A DNA stretch of 64,000 bases from an uncultured Nitrososphaeria archaeon (GCA_964448685.1 CAYUWR010000011.1:23007-87006); one strand, 5' to 3'. Counted from the stretch's first letter, positions 1 through 10,056 are shown. The notes: a model not told the origin generated them from the sequence alone. Numbers and translations: made by a program.

Positions 1-1074
1 ATAATAAAGACCGTCGTCGAAGAAGTCAAAAGGGCCAATGGCAAACCGTTCATAGTCCCTACAATGGGAAGCCATGGTGGCGCAACACCCGAAGGACAGA
101 CGAGGGTATTAGAAGACTTAGGCGTCACTGAAGAATATGTTGGAGCTCCAATAGAAGCCTCGATGGAAGTCAAGGAGGTTGCAAGATTAGAGAATGGCAT
201 GCCAGTTTACGTTTCTAAGGTCGCTTTAGGAGCGGATGCCATAATAGTTGTCGGAAGAGTGAAGCCTCACACAGACTTTAAGGACCAGATCGAAAGCGGT
301 CTAATGAAGATGATGGTCATAGGGCTCGGTAAACAGAAGGGTGCTGAAACATTCCATTCTTATGGAAGGTATGGTTACCATAACCTTCTAGCACCCACTG
401 CGAGAAAGATTCTAGAGAGGGCGCCGATAAAGCTTGGAATCGCGATAGTAGAAAACCAGTACCATCAGACTTCGATAATAAAGGCTCTTAGACCTGAAGA
501 GATAGAAGAAGAGGAGAAAAAGCTTCTTGTCAAGGCTAAAGAGTGGATAATGAAGATACCCTTCAGCCAAATCGACTTGCTGATTGTAGAGAAGATGGGA
601 AAGAACATTAGTGGCACTGGCATAGACCCGAACGTTACAGGCAGGTTCGCGTGGCCAGAAGAGAAGCCTAAAGATCTTCCAGACGTCAAGCTTATCATGG
701 CACTAGATCTCACGAAAGAAACTGAAGGAAACGCTATAGGAATGGGGTTGGTTGACATCATAACCAAGAGGCTATATGACAAGATAAACTTCAACGACAC
801 CTACATGAACTCTCTAACCGCAGGCGTTATAGGACTCATAGACGCGAAAATGCCTGTCGTGATGCCAAGCGATAAGGCTGCAATAGAATTGGCACTAAAG
901 CTACTGAACAAGAAGGTTGAAGAGGCGAAGGTTATGAGGATAAAGAACACACTTGACCTCGACAGGTTTCAAGTTTCAGAAAACATGAGAGAAGAAGTGC
1001 TTAAGAACCAGACGCTCGAGATTGTCGGAGAACCGAACGAGATGCTGTTCGACATACTGGGAAACCTAATCTGA
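1..1074 (+). CDS. conserved hypothetical protein, 5'-truncated at the window edge (possibly a DUF2088/LarA-like family; family call is weak)
   Basis: Open frame runs from position 1 (in-frame upstream of the annotated M at 64) to TGA at 1072-1074. Long ORF with no competing frame. No motif I can place firmly. Confidence 0.55.
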   Translation: MIKTVVEEVKRANGKPFIVPTMGSHGGATPEGQTRVLEDLGVTEEYVGAPIEASMEVKEVARLENGMPVYVSKVALGADAIIVVGRVKPHTDFKDQIESGLMKMMVIGLGKQKGAETFHSYGRYGYHNLLAPTARKILERAPIKLGIAIVENQYHQTSIIKALRPEEIEEEEKKLLVKAKEWIMKIPFSQIDLLIVEKMGKNISGTGIDPNVTGRFAWPEEKPKDLPDVKLIMALDLTKETEGNAIGMGLVDIITKRLYDKINFNDTYMNSLTAGVIGLIDAKMPVVMPSDKAAIELALKLLNKKVEEAKVMRIKNTLDLDRFQVSENMREEVLKNQTLEIVGEPNEMLFDILGNLI

Positions 1075-1370
1075 GACTATTTCTAAACCTTCTAAAAAAA
1101 TCTGTACACAGCATAGAATTTGAGAGAGGAACGAAAGACCGAGATCTATCAGTCCAACTGTTACCCTCTAAATGTAGGCATTTCACATTATCATTTTTGG
1201 AGGCTTATGTCCGAGAAGCTTAGGCGTGAGCTCACAGAGCTACTTTAGAAGGATATAGAGTTCAGCCATACTGCCGCAGGCTACATAAGATTTATCGGAG
1301 GCACACAAAATGATTGGCATAAAGTAATGGAACAAGGCTAATTCTAGGAAAAGAAGTAGAGGAAACAGCT

Positions 1371-1379
1371 TTATATATA
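1371..1379 (+). promoter_or_regulatory. TATA-box-like element (TTATATATA) about 24-32 nt upstream of the ATG at 1403; implies a leaderless transcript
   Basis: AT-rich TTATATATA box at the canonical archaeal distance from the start codon, with no Shine-Dalgarno spacing. Confidence 0.45.
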
Positions 1380-1402
1380 GACACTGTCGCAATAGTATTG
1401 GC

Positions 1403-1897
1403 ATGGGCAAGAGGGTTTTAATCAAAGGTCCAAGGGTACAAGATGTAGGGTATAGGCTTTTTCTCTTAAATGAGGCTGAAAGGTTAAGAATCTCTTGCTT
1501 TCAAGCAGATAATGTTGGAAAGGACGCTGTCGTGTTATTTGACGGAAATGAAACACAAACTGAAGAGTTCATAAAGTTTGTCAAGAACGAGTTTCCCAAG
1601 CACGCGCTTATAGAAGACGTTGAAGTATCTGATTATGGTGACAATATCACGTCTGTTGAAGCATACTCTCGAAGGCTGATGATCGAGCAGCTTGGTAAAA
1701 TAGTGGATGTAGGCCTCTCCATGCTCAACAAACAGGATGAGATGATCAACAAACAGGATGGGATGATTAAGAAGCAGGATGAAACTTTAAATGAAATTAG
1801 AGGACTCAGAAAAGATTTGAGAAGCTTTGTTGAAGAAAGGTTCGCAAAACTGGAGCATGAGATAGCTACCATAAAGGAGAAGATAGGTCTCAACTGA
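1403..1897 (+). CDS. acylphosphatase-like domain protein with a C-terminal coiled coil containing three tandem 7-aa (21-nt) repeats
   Basis: N-terminus VLIKGPRVQDVGYRLF matches the acylphosphatase VxGxVQGVxFR signature. Residues 110-130 NKQDEMI/NKQDGMI/KKQDETL are encoded by a 21-nt direct repeat at 1726-1788. Confidence 0.6.
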   Translation: MGKRVLIKGPRVQDVGYRLFLLNEAERLRISCFQADNVGKDAVVLFDGNETQTEEFIKFVKNEFPKHALIEDVEVSDYGDNITSVEAYSRRLMIEQLGKIVDVGLSMLNKQDEMINKQDGMIKKQDETLNEIRGLRKDLRSFVEERFAKLEHEIATIKEKIGLN

Positions 1898-2061
1898 TAT
1901 CCTCTCACCCCTGAAGGATTATGTTTCAATATTCGTCGGCGTTCTTCATGATGCCTTATCCGATCTGGTTATGGGCTGAGTCGGCTTAGCCCTCTGTCAT
2001 AGACATACACCCCATGGCCTACTTTGCTTCTATTCATGCCTGCTGGATCCCAGGAGCTAGG

Positions 2062-2751
2062 CTATCTTTGAAAATGGATCTTCATGGCCCTTTTTGATTC
2101 ATTTATGAGGCTATTTAGTGTTTCGAAGGCTCTCCCGACGTCCTCGCTCTTCACCAAGATCACGGTGTCCGTGTACGAACTGGTCGTATCCTCAATGTTG
2201 ACACCTGAAGAAAAGAGCTTTTCGTAAATTGATATCGCACATCCAGGCACATCAGTTATGTCCGGAGGGCTGGTTACAGATATGGCTGCCAGACCCTTCT
2301 TGAACTCTAACGAAGAAGCTTTCCCAAGAAAGTCGAAAGCCTCTTCCGAAAGATCTTCATCCATGATTATGGTTATAGCAGAAGTGCCAAGTGAGATATG
2401 TATTATCGAATGTATGTATTTTCTTATGAAGTCAGTAAACCTTATCATGATCGCCCTCGTCTTCTCGACAGTTATCTTTGCAACACCGGTCTTGACGGAT
2501 ATGTTGCTGTCCGCCAACACCATGATCACGTTCTTGTTCACCTGAGGAATGTTAGGCTTGAACCTTTTGAGCGCCGTAACTATGCTCTGATATCCGACGT
2601 CATAGCCGACCTTCTTGTCCACCATGGGCTTTATCATCCTCGCCACGGCACTATAGTTGGAGTATCCTCCCCTCATTGCCGCCTGAAGGTATATGTCGTT
2701 CGAGACTATCTCCCTGACGTAGCCTGTAATACTCTGGCCAACATTGGTCAT
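2062..2751 (-). CDS. hypothetical protein, possibly an ACT-like regulatory domain protein
   Basis: 229-aa ORF divergent from argG. Shows the alternating hydrophobic beta-alpha pattern typical of ACT/regulatory folds. Family assignment is weak. Confidence 0.4.
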   Translation of the reverse strand: MTNVGQSITGYVREIVSNDIYLQAAMRGGYSNYSAVARMIKPMVDKKVGYDVGYQSIVTALKRFKPNIPQVNKNVIMVLADSNISVKTGVAKITVEKTRAIMIRFTDFIRKYIHSIIHISLGTSAITIIMDEDLSEEAFDFLGKASSLEFKKGLAAISVTSPPDITDVPGCAISIYEKLFSSGVNIEDTTSSYTDTVILVKSEDVGRAFETLNSLINESKRAMKIHFQR

Positions 2752-2782
2752 TTAGGTTGCCTCTTGGACAAATGTAGCCAAA

Positions 2783-2793
2783 AAATATATAAA
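2783..2793 (+). promoter_or_regulatory. TATA-box-like element (AAATATATAAA) about 26 nt upstream of the argG ATG
   Basis: Position and composition are typical of an archaeal TATA box. The intergenic region is shared with the divergent gene ending at 2751. Confidence 0.45.
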
Positions 2794-2818
2794 CTTATCT
2801 CCTGCAAGCCACAATCCT

Positions 2819-4027
2819 ATGGTGAAAGAGAAGGTAATACTCGCGTATTCTGGAGGCTTGGATACTTCAGTGATGATAATGTGGCTTGCCGAAAAGTATG
2901 GCTACGACGTCGTCACAGCGATAGTGGACTTGGGACAAAACGAAGACTTCAAAGCCATCGAAGAGAGAGCGTACCAGATTGGGGCAATCAAACACTACAC
3001 AGTTGACGCAAAAAAAGAATTCGTGGACCACTACATCACAAAAGGCATAAGAGCCAACGGACTATATGAGGGAAAGTATCCTTTGAGCACCGCCCTCGGG
3101 AGGCCACTGATAGTGACTAAACTGGTCAAAATCGCTGAGAGAGAATCTGCCGGATGCATCGCACACGGATGTACTGGCAAAGGAAATGACCAGGTTAGAT
3201 TTGAGGTTACCGCGAAAGCGCTGAACCCACAGCTTAAGGTGCTTGCACCTGTCAGAGAATGGAATCTTAACAGGGAGCAGGAAATCGAATACGCGAGGAA
3301 GCATGGCATATTTGTCCAGAAGACAGCGAGAAAATATAGTATCGATCAAAATCTGTGGGGGAGATCGATCGAAGGCGGCTCTTTAGAGGACCCGATGCAA
3401 GAACCCGAAGAGGATGTCTATGAGTGGATCACGCCACCATCAAAGGCTCCTGACAGGCCGACATATGTTGAACTAGAATTCGAGGACGGCATTCCCGTGT
3501 CAGTCGACAGCCAAAGAATAGATCTGAAGGAGATCATATTCCTGTTGAACAAGTCAGCAGGCGAGAACGGCGTCGGCCTAATAGACCATATAGAAGACCG
3601 GCTTGTAGGCATAAAGAGCAGGGAGGTCTACGAATGCCCGGCTTCCACAACCTTGATTGAAGCTCATAAGGCATTGGAGAAGATGGTTCTGACCAGGCAT
3701 GAGCTGGCGTTTAAGGAGGCTGTTGACTCAGAATGGTCTCGGCTTGTCTACTTTGGCCTCTGGTCTGAGCCTCTGAGAGAGGACTTGGAGGCCTTCATCA
3801 AGCCGACTCAAGCTAGAGTTGAAGGAAGGGTCAAGTTGAAGCTGTACAAGGGAAGCCTTTCCATAGTCGGATTGGAGTCACCCTATTCCCTCTACGACAG
3901 ATCTCTTTCGACATATGGTATAAATTCAACGTTCGATCAAGAACATTCAGCTGGCTTCATAGAACTCTGGGGACTACAGTCAAGAATCGCCTCAGAGATC
4001 ATAAGAAAGTTGGGGGCAGACAGATGA
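2819..4027 (+). CDS. argG: argininosuccinate synthase
   Basis: N-terminus AYSGGLDTS is the PP-loop ATP pyrophosphatase motif. Length and downstream motifs are typical of ArgG. Overlaps argH by 4 nt. Confidence 0.95.
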   Translation: MVKEKVILAYSGGLDTSVMIMWLAEKYGYDVVTAIVDLGQNEDFKAIEERAYQIGAIKHYTVDAKKEFVDHYITKGIRANGLYEGKYPLSTALGRPLIVTKLVKIAERESAGCIAHGCTGKGNDQVRFEVTAKALNPQLKVLAPVREWNLNREQEIEYARKHGIFVQKTARKYSIDQNLWGRSIEGGSLEDPMQEPEEDVYEWITPPSKAPDRPTYVELEFEDGIPVSVDSQRIDLKEIIFLLNKSAGENGVGLIDHIEDRLVGIKSREVYECPASTTLIEAHKALEKMVLTRHELAFKEAVDSEWSRLVYFGLWSEPLREDLEAFIKPTQARVEGRVKLKLYKGSLSIVGLESPYSLYDRSLSTYGINSTFDQEHSAGFIELWGLQSRIASEIIRKLGADR

Positions 4028-5502
4028 GGGACCTACTTAGAGGCGAAAGGCTTGATAAAATGGATGAGGAAGCCTTAAGATACACAGCCTCGATCGCAGA
4101 CGATCAACCCCTACTGGATTCTATCATAATGATCAACAAGGCTCATGTGATAGCACTACATCAGGCAGGAATACTTGACAGACCACAAGCCAGCAAGCTT
4201 CTCAATGCGTTGAACATAAAGGAGGACCTTCCGAAGACATTCGAATTCGAAGATGCACATATGTTCGTCGAGCAAAAGGTCACCGAAAATGTCGGAAAGG
4301 TTGGAGGATACCTGAACTTGGGAAAGAGTAGAAATGATCAGGTGGCGACAGCCATAAGGATGACTATGAGGGCGCCGATTCTAGCCCTCGCGTCCTCAAT
4401 ATTGGACCTTGTAGAGGCAATGGTCGACAAAGCATCCAAGTCGACGACCAAGATTATCCCCTCATACACACATCTCCAAATAGCTCAGCCTTCGACGATG
4501 GCCCATTGGCTCCTAGCATACGGTGAAATGCTCATGAGAGACGTGGATAGACTTCTCGAAAACTACAATAGGGTGAACTGTTCGCCGATGGGCGCCGGAG
4601 CGTCCGCGGGAACAACAGTGAACATAGACAGACAGCTTCTGGCCAAGCTTCTAGGCTTCAAGTCGATAGTGGAGAATTCTCTAGATGCTGTTAGCTCAAG
4701 GGATTTCTTGATAGAGTTCATCTACGTAACCGCGTCGGCAGCCTTAACGATAAGTAGAATGAGCGAAGACATCAACTTCATGTCAAACAATCAAGTCGGT
4801 GTCGTGAGAGTCCCTGACGCCTACGCGTCCACCAGCAGTGCGATGCCCCAGAAAAAGAACTCGGTCGTGACAGAAATAGCTAGAGCTCGAGCAGGCACAA
4901 TAATAGGAAACCTAATGAGCGCAATCTGTACCTACAAGGCTCTACCAAGCTCCTACAACTTGGACCTTCAAGAGATGACGCCGAAGGTGTGGGAAAACCA
5001 CAGGCTTCTCAAGGAGACCGTCGACGTCTTCAGAAAGCTCATAGAGGGTTTAGACGTCGACGAAAAAAGGAGCTGCGACCTACTTGTATCAGAATTCTCG
5101 ACCGCGATGGAGCTAGCTGAATACGTCACAGTTTCGATGAAGATACCGTTCAGGGAAGCACATCACGCGGTTGGAGCATACGTGAGAAGATGCATGGAGG
5201 AAAGCTTGGATCCCAAGTCCCAGAGGGCACATTCTATCCTAATCAGCGAAGTCGAGAAATATGGCGGAAGCACATTTGGCTATGAGACATATCTTTCGCT
5301 TCTTGATCCAAGACAGAGCATCATCAAAAAGACTATATATGGCAGCCCTAACCCTTCAAACACAGAAAAGATGATACATGAAAGATGCCTACTGATAGGC
5401 AGGAGACGAAAGAGTGTCCTCGAAGAAGCGAGTAGGCTGAATAGTGTATCCTCTGAGTTGGAAAGATTCGAAAAGGAGATTATCGGAGGTGAGAGAGCGT
5501 GA
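4024..5502 (+). CDS. argH: argininosuccinate lyase
   Basis: Fumarate-lyase family sequence with the SSxMPQKKN signature (SAMPQKKNS). Operonic with argG. Confidence 0.93.
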   Translation: MRDLLRGERLDKMDEEALRYTASIADDQPLLDSIIMINKAHVIALHQAGILDRPQASKLLNALNIKEDLPKTFEFEDAHMFVEQKVTENVGKVGGYLNLGKSRNDQVATAIRMTMRAPILALASSILDLVEAMVDKASKSTTKIIPSYTHLQIAQPSTMAHWLLAYGEMLMRDVDRLLENYNRVNCSPMGAGASAGTTVNIDRQLLAKLLGFKSIVENSLDAVSSRDFLIEFIYVTASAALTISRMSEDINFMSNNQVGVVRVPDAYASTSSAMPQKKNSVVTEIARARAGTIIGNLMSAICTYKALPSSYNLDLQEMTPKVWENHRLLKETVDVFRKLIEGLDVDEKRSCDLLVSEFSTAMELAEYVTVSMKIPFREAHHAVGAYVRRCMEESLDPKSQRAHSILISEVEKYGGSTFGYETYLSLLDPRQSIIKKTIYGSPNPSNTEKMIHERCLLIGRRRKSVLEEASRLNSVSSELERFEKEIIGGERA

Positions 5503-5672
5503 AGACCACATGTGAAATATGCGGTGGCGAAGTTGAGGTCGCAGGAGACGCGATAAAGGGAGAGATAGTAAGCTGCCCAGACTGTGGAACAGAATATGAG
5601 GTAGTCGAAGTCAAAGAGGGAAAGGCCTCTCTAAAGCCTGCAGAAGAAATCGGCGAAGATTGGGGAGAATAA
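5499..5672 (+). CDS. lysW: LysW/ArgW amino-group carrier protein (57 aa, GTG start overlapping the argH stop)
   Basis: Translation is VKTTCEICGGEVEV...CPDCGTEYEVVEV...EEIGEDWGE*. It has an N-terminal Zn-ribbon (CxxC...CxxC) and the C-terminal EDWGE tail to which glutamate/aminoadipate is ligated. Not in the ORF track because it is under 60 aa and starts with GTG. Confidence 0.85.
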   Translation: MKTTCEICGGEVEVAGDAIKGEIVSCPDCGTEYEVVEVKEGKASLKPAEEIGEDWGE

Positions 5673-5680
5673 AGAGCAAA

Positions 5681-6535
5681 ATGCGTCTATCCATATTATA
5701 TGACAGACTAAGATGGGAAGAAAAAGCGCTCGCAGAGGAAGTAAAGAAGATGGAGTTACCGGTAGAGCTTGTCGACGCAAAAGCTTACCCTCTTGAGCTC
5801 GTAGGCGACAGTCGAATCGATCAGATCTTTGGAGAAGTTGTCCTGCAGAGATGCATGAGCCACATAAGAGGACTCTATTATGCGGCAATACTCGAGAAAG
5901 AGAGACTGGTCGTGAACAGCTTCAGCGTCCTGATGACTACCAGCAACAAGCTGCTGACCACGCTAGCTCTTGACAGGGCAGGGGTTCCAACACCCAGGAC
6001 AGCAGCAGCCTTTTCGCTAGAGTCAGCCCTCGAACAGGCAGACAGGATGGGGTACCCGCTCGTCATCAAGCCGTTGATCGGAAGCTGGGGCAAGATGGTC
6101 GCATGCCTAAGAGATAGAAGAGAGGCTGAAGCCCTCTTTGAAACAAGAGAGATGCTTCATGAGCCTCTGCAGCAGATCTACTACCTCCAAGAGTATGTCC
6201 ACAGGCCTCCGAGAGACATAAGGGCTGTCGTCATAGGCGACAGAATACTTACAACAATATACAGGTATCAGCCTGACGGCGACTGGAGAACCAACGTCGC
6301 AAGAGGTGGATATGCTGAAGTAGCATCTCTCGACAGTGAACAGAAGGAGCTGATACTGAAGGCAGCTGAAGCCGTTGGAGGTGGGGTGCTTGGCGTGGAC
6401 GCGATGGAGAGCGACAGGGGGCTCTTAGTTCACGAGATAAACGGCAGCGTCGAATTCAAGGGTGCCGCAAGCGTCTCAACAGTTAATATACCGAAGGCGA
6501 TAGCAGAGTATGCGTTAGAGAAGGCGAAAAGATGA
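5681..6535 (+). CDS. lysX: RimK-type ATP-grasp ligase LysX/ArgX (ligates the substrate to LysW)
   Basis: MRLSILYDRLRWEEK N-terminus and ATP-grasp motifs. The ATG at 5681 is preferred over the track start at 5660, which would overlap lysW. Confidence 0.85.
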   Translation: MRLSILYDRLRWEEKALAEEVKKMELPVELVDAKAYPLELVGDSRIDQIFGEVVLQRCMSHIRGLYYAAILEKERLVVNSFSVLMTTSNKLLTTLALDRAGVPTPRTAAAFSLESALEQADRMGYPLVIKPLIGSWGKMVACLRDRREAEALFETREMLHEPLQQIYYLQEYVHRPPRDIRAVVIGDRILTTIYRYQPDGDWRTNVARGGYAEVASLDSEQKELILKAAEAVGGGVLGVDAMESDRGLLVHEINGSVEFKGAASVSTVNIPKAIAEYALEKAKR

Positions 6536-7587
6536 TGGTTAAGGTTGGAATAGTAGGAGGCTCAGGATATGTGGGAGGAGAGCTTCTGAGACTGCTGCTG
6601 ACACACGGCAAGACAGAAATCGTTTCAGCCACTTCAAGACAGCATGCTGGAGAATACGTCTTCAAAATTCACCCTAACCTCAAGGGGATGACGAACCTAC
6701 AGTTTTCTGCAGAAGACCCTACGACTGTAGCTTCAAAGGCTGACATCGTCTTCCTCGCCGCACCACATGGATTATCCTGCAAGATCGTCCCAAGACTTGT
6801 GGAGACCGGCGTGAAGATATTGGACATGAGTGCGGACTTCAGACTCAAAGACCCTGCAGCATACGATAGATGGTATGGGTGGTCACATCCAGCACCCGAG
6901 CTCTTGGAGAAATTCGTGTATGGTATGCCAGAGCTTCACAGGCAAGAGTTGAAATCAGCAAAATATGTTGCGGTGCCAGGGTGCATGGCAACCTCGGCGA
7001 TCGTGAGCCTAGCACCTTTGGCCAAGGCAGAATTGATCGAAGACGTGGTCATCGTCGACGCCAAGATAGGCTCATCAGGAGCAGGAGGAAAGCCTTCGCT
7101 CTCAACCCATTTCTCTGAAAGATTTGGGGTTGTGAGAGTCTACAAGCCAGTAGCCCACCGCCATACAGCTGAAATAGAACAGGAGCTCAGAAATGTTTCA
7201 GGCAAGAAGTTGCAGATAGGAATGACAGCCCATGCAGTGAATATGGTTAGAGGAATACTAACAACCTCTCACGTTATCACAGGCGTGAAACCCGAGCCTA
7301 CGGCGGTGTGGAAGGCCTATAGAAGCATGTACAAGGATGAGCCATTTGTCAGGTTCATAATGGACAAGAAAGGCCTATACAAGTATCCGGACCCAAAGAT
7401 CACCATAGGATCAAACTTCGTAGACGTTGGCTTCGAAATAGACCCATACGTTGACAGAATAGTCGTGTTCGGGGCAATAGACAACCTCATCAAAGGAGCT
7501 GCGGGAAATGCGATACAGTCGATGAACATAATGCTCGGCTTCGATGAGAGAGAGGGACTTAACTTTCCAGCACTTCATCCGGTGTAA
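6532..7587 (+). CDS. lysY: N-acetyl-gamma-glutamyl-phosphate / LysW-aminoadipyl-phosphate reductase
   Basis: VGIVGGSGYVGGELLRLL Rossmann N-terminus. Active-site Cys in VAVPGCMATSAI. ArgC family. Confidence 0.9.
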   Translation: MMVKVGIVGGSGYVGGELLRLLLTHGKTEIVSATSRQHAGEYVFKIHPNLKGMTNLQFSAEDPTTVASKADIVFLAAPHGLSCKIVPRLVETGVKILDMSADFRLKDPAAYDRWYGWSHPAPELLEKFVYGMPELHRQELKSAKYVAVPGCMATSAIVSLAPLAKAELIEDVVIVDAKIGSSGAGGKPSLSTHFSERFGVVRVYKPVAHRHTAEIEQELRNVSGKKLQIGMTAHAVNMVRGILTTSHVITGVKPEPTAVWKAYRSMYKDEPFVRFIMDKKGLYKYPDPKITIGSNFVDVGFEIDPYVDRIVVFGAIDNLIKGAAGNAIQSMNIMLGFDEREGLNFPALHPV

Positions 7588-7591
7588 TAAC

Positions 7592-8398
7592 ATGGTCACC
7601 GTCGTCAAAGTTGGAGGAAGCCTCCTTAAGCTTGGAGCACCTGAGAACATATTGGCAGACTTTGTCAGAGCCTTGCAGGACGAGAAGCTTGTGCTCGTAC
7701 ACGGCGGAGGCTATGAGGTGACAGAGGTGGCTGAGAGATTGGGCAAGAAGCAGAAGTTTATCATATCACCAGATGGGATGAGAAGCAGGTACACCGACAG
7801 AGAAACGGCGGAAATATACATGATGGTCATGAAGGGAAAGATAAACTCGGAAATAGTCTTAGCCCTTCTGGCGAGAGGGATCAAGGCCATAGGAATATCA
7901 GGCTTCGATGGAGGACTTCTTCAAGCCGAGAGGAAGAAGAGACTTATCATAATAGATGAGAGGGGAAGAAGGGTTGCCATAGAGGGAGGGTACACAGGCA
8001 AAATAGTTAACGTGAACACCCACATACTGGAGACGCTACTGAGAGAAGACTATGTCCCGATCATTTCGCCGATAGCTTTAGGGACTGAAGGTGAACCCTT
8101 AAACGTCGACGGAGATAGGGCAGCCGCCTACATAGCGGGAGGGCTTAAGGCTGACAGGGCCATCTTCTTGACCGACGTCAGTGGACTTATAGTCGACGGC
8201 AAACTCGTCACAAACCTGACCATGAGCGAGGCGAAGGTGAAGATCAAGAGAGTCGGCCATGGGATGGATAAGAAGCTCCTAGCAGCAATCGAAGCCCTTG
8301 AACATGGAGCCAAAGAGAGCATAATTTCATCCGGAAACGTTGACAACCCCATCACAAACAGCCTGAGGGGTGAATCGAGGACGGTGATAAGAGGATGA
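7592..8398 (+). CDS. lysZ: acetylglutamate/LysW-aminoadipate kinase (amino-acid kinase family)
   Basis: VVKVGGSLL and LVHGGG motifs. The internal ATG at 7592 is preferred over the track start at 7544. Confidence 0.9.
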   Translation: MVTVVKVGGSLLKLGAPENILADFVRALQDEKLVLVHGGGYEVTEVAERLGKKQKFIISPDGMRSRYTDRETAEIYMMVMKGKINSEIVLALLARGIKAIGISGFDGGLLQAERKKRLIIIDERGRRVAIEGGYTGKIVNVNTHILETLLREDYVPIISPIALGTEGEPLNVDGDRAAAYIAGGLKADRAIFLTDVSGLIVDGKLVTNLTMSEAKVKIKRVGHGMDKKLLAAIEALEHGAKESIISSGNVDNPITNSLRGESRTVIRG

Positions 8399-9600
8399 TG
8401 GCAATCTTCGAAGAGATAAAGGCAGCTGAAGACAGCCACCTCACTCACACATCCCAAAAGCTTCCCATAGCGGTTGCCAGAGGAGAGGGTGCAAGACTAT
8501 GGGATGTCAACGGCAAAGAGTACATAGACTTCATGGGAGGATATGGCGTCGCAATACTTGGCCAATCCTATCCAAAGGTGATGTCTGCAGTAAGAGAACA
8601 GCTGGATAAGCTTTCCATACTACACAGTTCAATATACAGTGAGTCGAGGGCACTCTTCCTGAGGAAGCTCATGTCTGTAAGTCCAGCAGGGTTGAATATG
8701 GCCTACCTGGGCAACAGTGGAGCCGAATCCATAGAGGCAGCTCTAAAGGTCGTCATCAAATCCACGAAAAGGAAGAAGGTACTCGCCATGAAGGGAGCCT
8801 ACCATGGAAAGACACTTGGAGCCCTCTCTCTCACCTTCTCAGAAAAGTATCGCACATCATTCGATGACCTACTATACAAGGGCGTACAGTTCGCCGAATA
8901 TGGCAGCCTTGAAGACGTGGAGAGAGACAGAAACCTGGACGAATTCGCAGCCATATTCGTCGAGCCAATACAGGGTGAGGGAGGAATAAGGTTACCGCCT
9001 GAAGGATACCTCAAAGGACTACGTGAGATCGCGGACAGACATGGCAACATACTGGTCGTCGACGAGGTGCAGAGTGGGCTCGGCAGAACCGGAAAGATGT
9101 GGGCACATGAACATTGGGGGATAACCCCAGACATAATGACGGTAGGTAAAGGAATAGGAGGAGGCATCCCCATGGGGGTTACGATAGGAAAGGAAGAGTA
9201 TATGGGAACCCTTGAAGTTGGAGAGCATACAAGCACAATGGGGGGAAACCCACTATCATGCGCAGCGGGAAAGGCTGTGTTGGAAGCATTGACCGACGAC
9301 GGTGTAATCGAATACGCCAAAAAGGCAGGTGAACAGCTGATGGCAGAACTGGACAGCAGCCTCGCCAACTCGAGGATCGTCAGAGAAATCAGAGGAAAAG
9401 GGTTGATGATCGCCGTAGACCTAAAGGTCAGATTTCAAGAGATACTCTTCAAGGCTCTAGAGCTTGGCCTTCTGACACTCTATTCAGGCAAGACCGTGAT
9501 CAGACTCCTTCCACCTCTCATCGTCACCCAAGAAGACATCAGAGAGGGATCATCGACACTAAGGGAATCGTTAAACTGGTACGAAAAAGAGCACACCTGA
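8395..9600 (+). CDS. lysJ: class III aminotransferase (acetylornithine / LysW-gamma-L-lysine aminotransferase)
   Basis: DEVQSGLGRTGKMWAHEHWGITPDIMTVGKG carries the PLP-lysine motif. Confidence 0.9.
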   Translation: MMAIFEEIKAAEDSHLTHTSQKLPIAVARGEGARLWDVNGKEYIDFMGGYGVAILGQSYPKVMSAVREQLDKLSILHSSIYSESRALFLRKLMSVSPAGLNMAYLGNSGAESIEAALKVVIKSTKRKKVLAMKGAYHGKTLGALSLTFSEKYRTSFDDLLYKGVQFAEYGSLEDVERDRNLDEFAAIFVEPIQGEGGIRLPPEGYLKGLREIADRHGNILVVDEVQSGLGRTGKMWAHEHWGITPDIMTVGKGIGGGIPMGVTIGKEEYMGTLEVGEHTSTMGGNPLSCAAGKAVLEALTDDGVIEYAKKAGEQLMAELDSSLANSRIVREIRGKGLMIAVDLKVRFQEILFKALELGLLTLYSGKTVIRLLPPLIVTQEDIREGSSTLRESLNWYEKEHT

Positions 9601-9639
9601 AGAGAAAATGTTTTAAAGGTGTCACTCGCAGTCCAAGAT

Positions 9640-10056
9640 ATGGAGCAGGATAAGACAGATTCTGCGATTATCGAATCACTGAAGGAGAACTCTAGAGCAT
9701 CCTACATAGAGATAGGAAGAAAGGTCGGTCTCTCAGAGGCAGCTGTGAGGCGAAGGATCAAGAAGCTTGTGGAAGAGGGTGTAATCCGAAAGTTTACAGT
9801 AGACGTAAAGGAGGAGGCTGCACACGCATTCACTTTGATCGCTGTAAACCCCTCAACCCCAACCTATGAAGTTTCAAAGAACGTCAAGAAGATAAAGGGC
9901 GTCAGACAGGTCTACGAGATAACAGGACAGTATGACATAATAGCTTTCGTGAGAGGACCTAATATAGCGGAAGTCAACACCTACATAGAGGAAATACGCA
10001 AGACAACTGGGGTTCTTAGAACGAATACCGTAATAATTCTGAAGGAAATCGTCTAA
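9640..10056 (+). CDS. Lrp/AsnC-family transcriptional regulator embedded in the lys/arg cluster (LysM-like)
   Basis: HTH SYIEIGRKVGLSEAAVRRRIKKL followed by a RAM/ACT-like C-terminal domain. The ATG at 9640 with a TTTTAAA box about 23 nt upstream is preferred over the GTG at 9619. Confidence 0.85.
   Translation: MEQDKTDSAIIESLKENSRASYIEIGRKVGLSEAAVRRRIKKLVEEGVIRKFTVDVKEEAAHAFTLIAVNPSTPTYEVSKNVKKIKGVRQVYEITGQYDIIAFVRGPNIAEVNTYIEEIRKTTGVLRTNTVIILKEIV

Noticed and set aside
465-800. Antisense or overlapping track ORFs inside well-supported genes (e.g. 465..800, 2398..3006, 3031..3349, 8799..9368, 11923..12432, 12706..13476, 34505..35029, 35423..36097, 39805..40383, 45511..46578, 51346..51909, 52726..53100)
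   Set aside because: Each lies entirely within, and on the opposite strand or a different frame of, a gene with strong family motifs. They have low-complexity Ser/Leu/Arg-rich translations typical of shadow ORFs.
1226-1235. Perfect 10-bp palindrome GTGAGCTCAC in the 1075-1402 intergenic region, plus a 14-codon mini-ORF MSEKLRRELTELL
   Set aside because: Isolated palindrome with no partner site. The mini-ORF is too short to assess. Possibly a regulator site, but unsupported.
5660-5680. Track start of lysX at 5660 (MGRIKSKMRL...)
   Set aside because: It would overlap the lysW coding sequence by 13 nt. The ATG at 5681 gives the conserved MRLSILYD N-terminus seen in the paralog at 11336.
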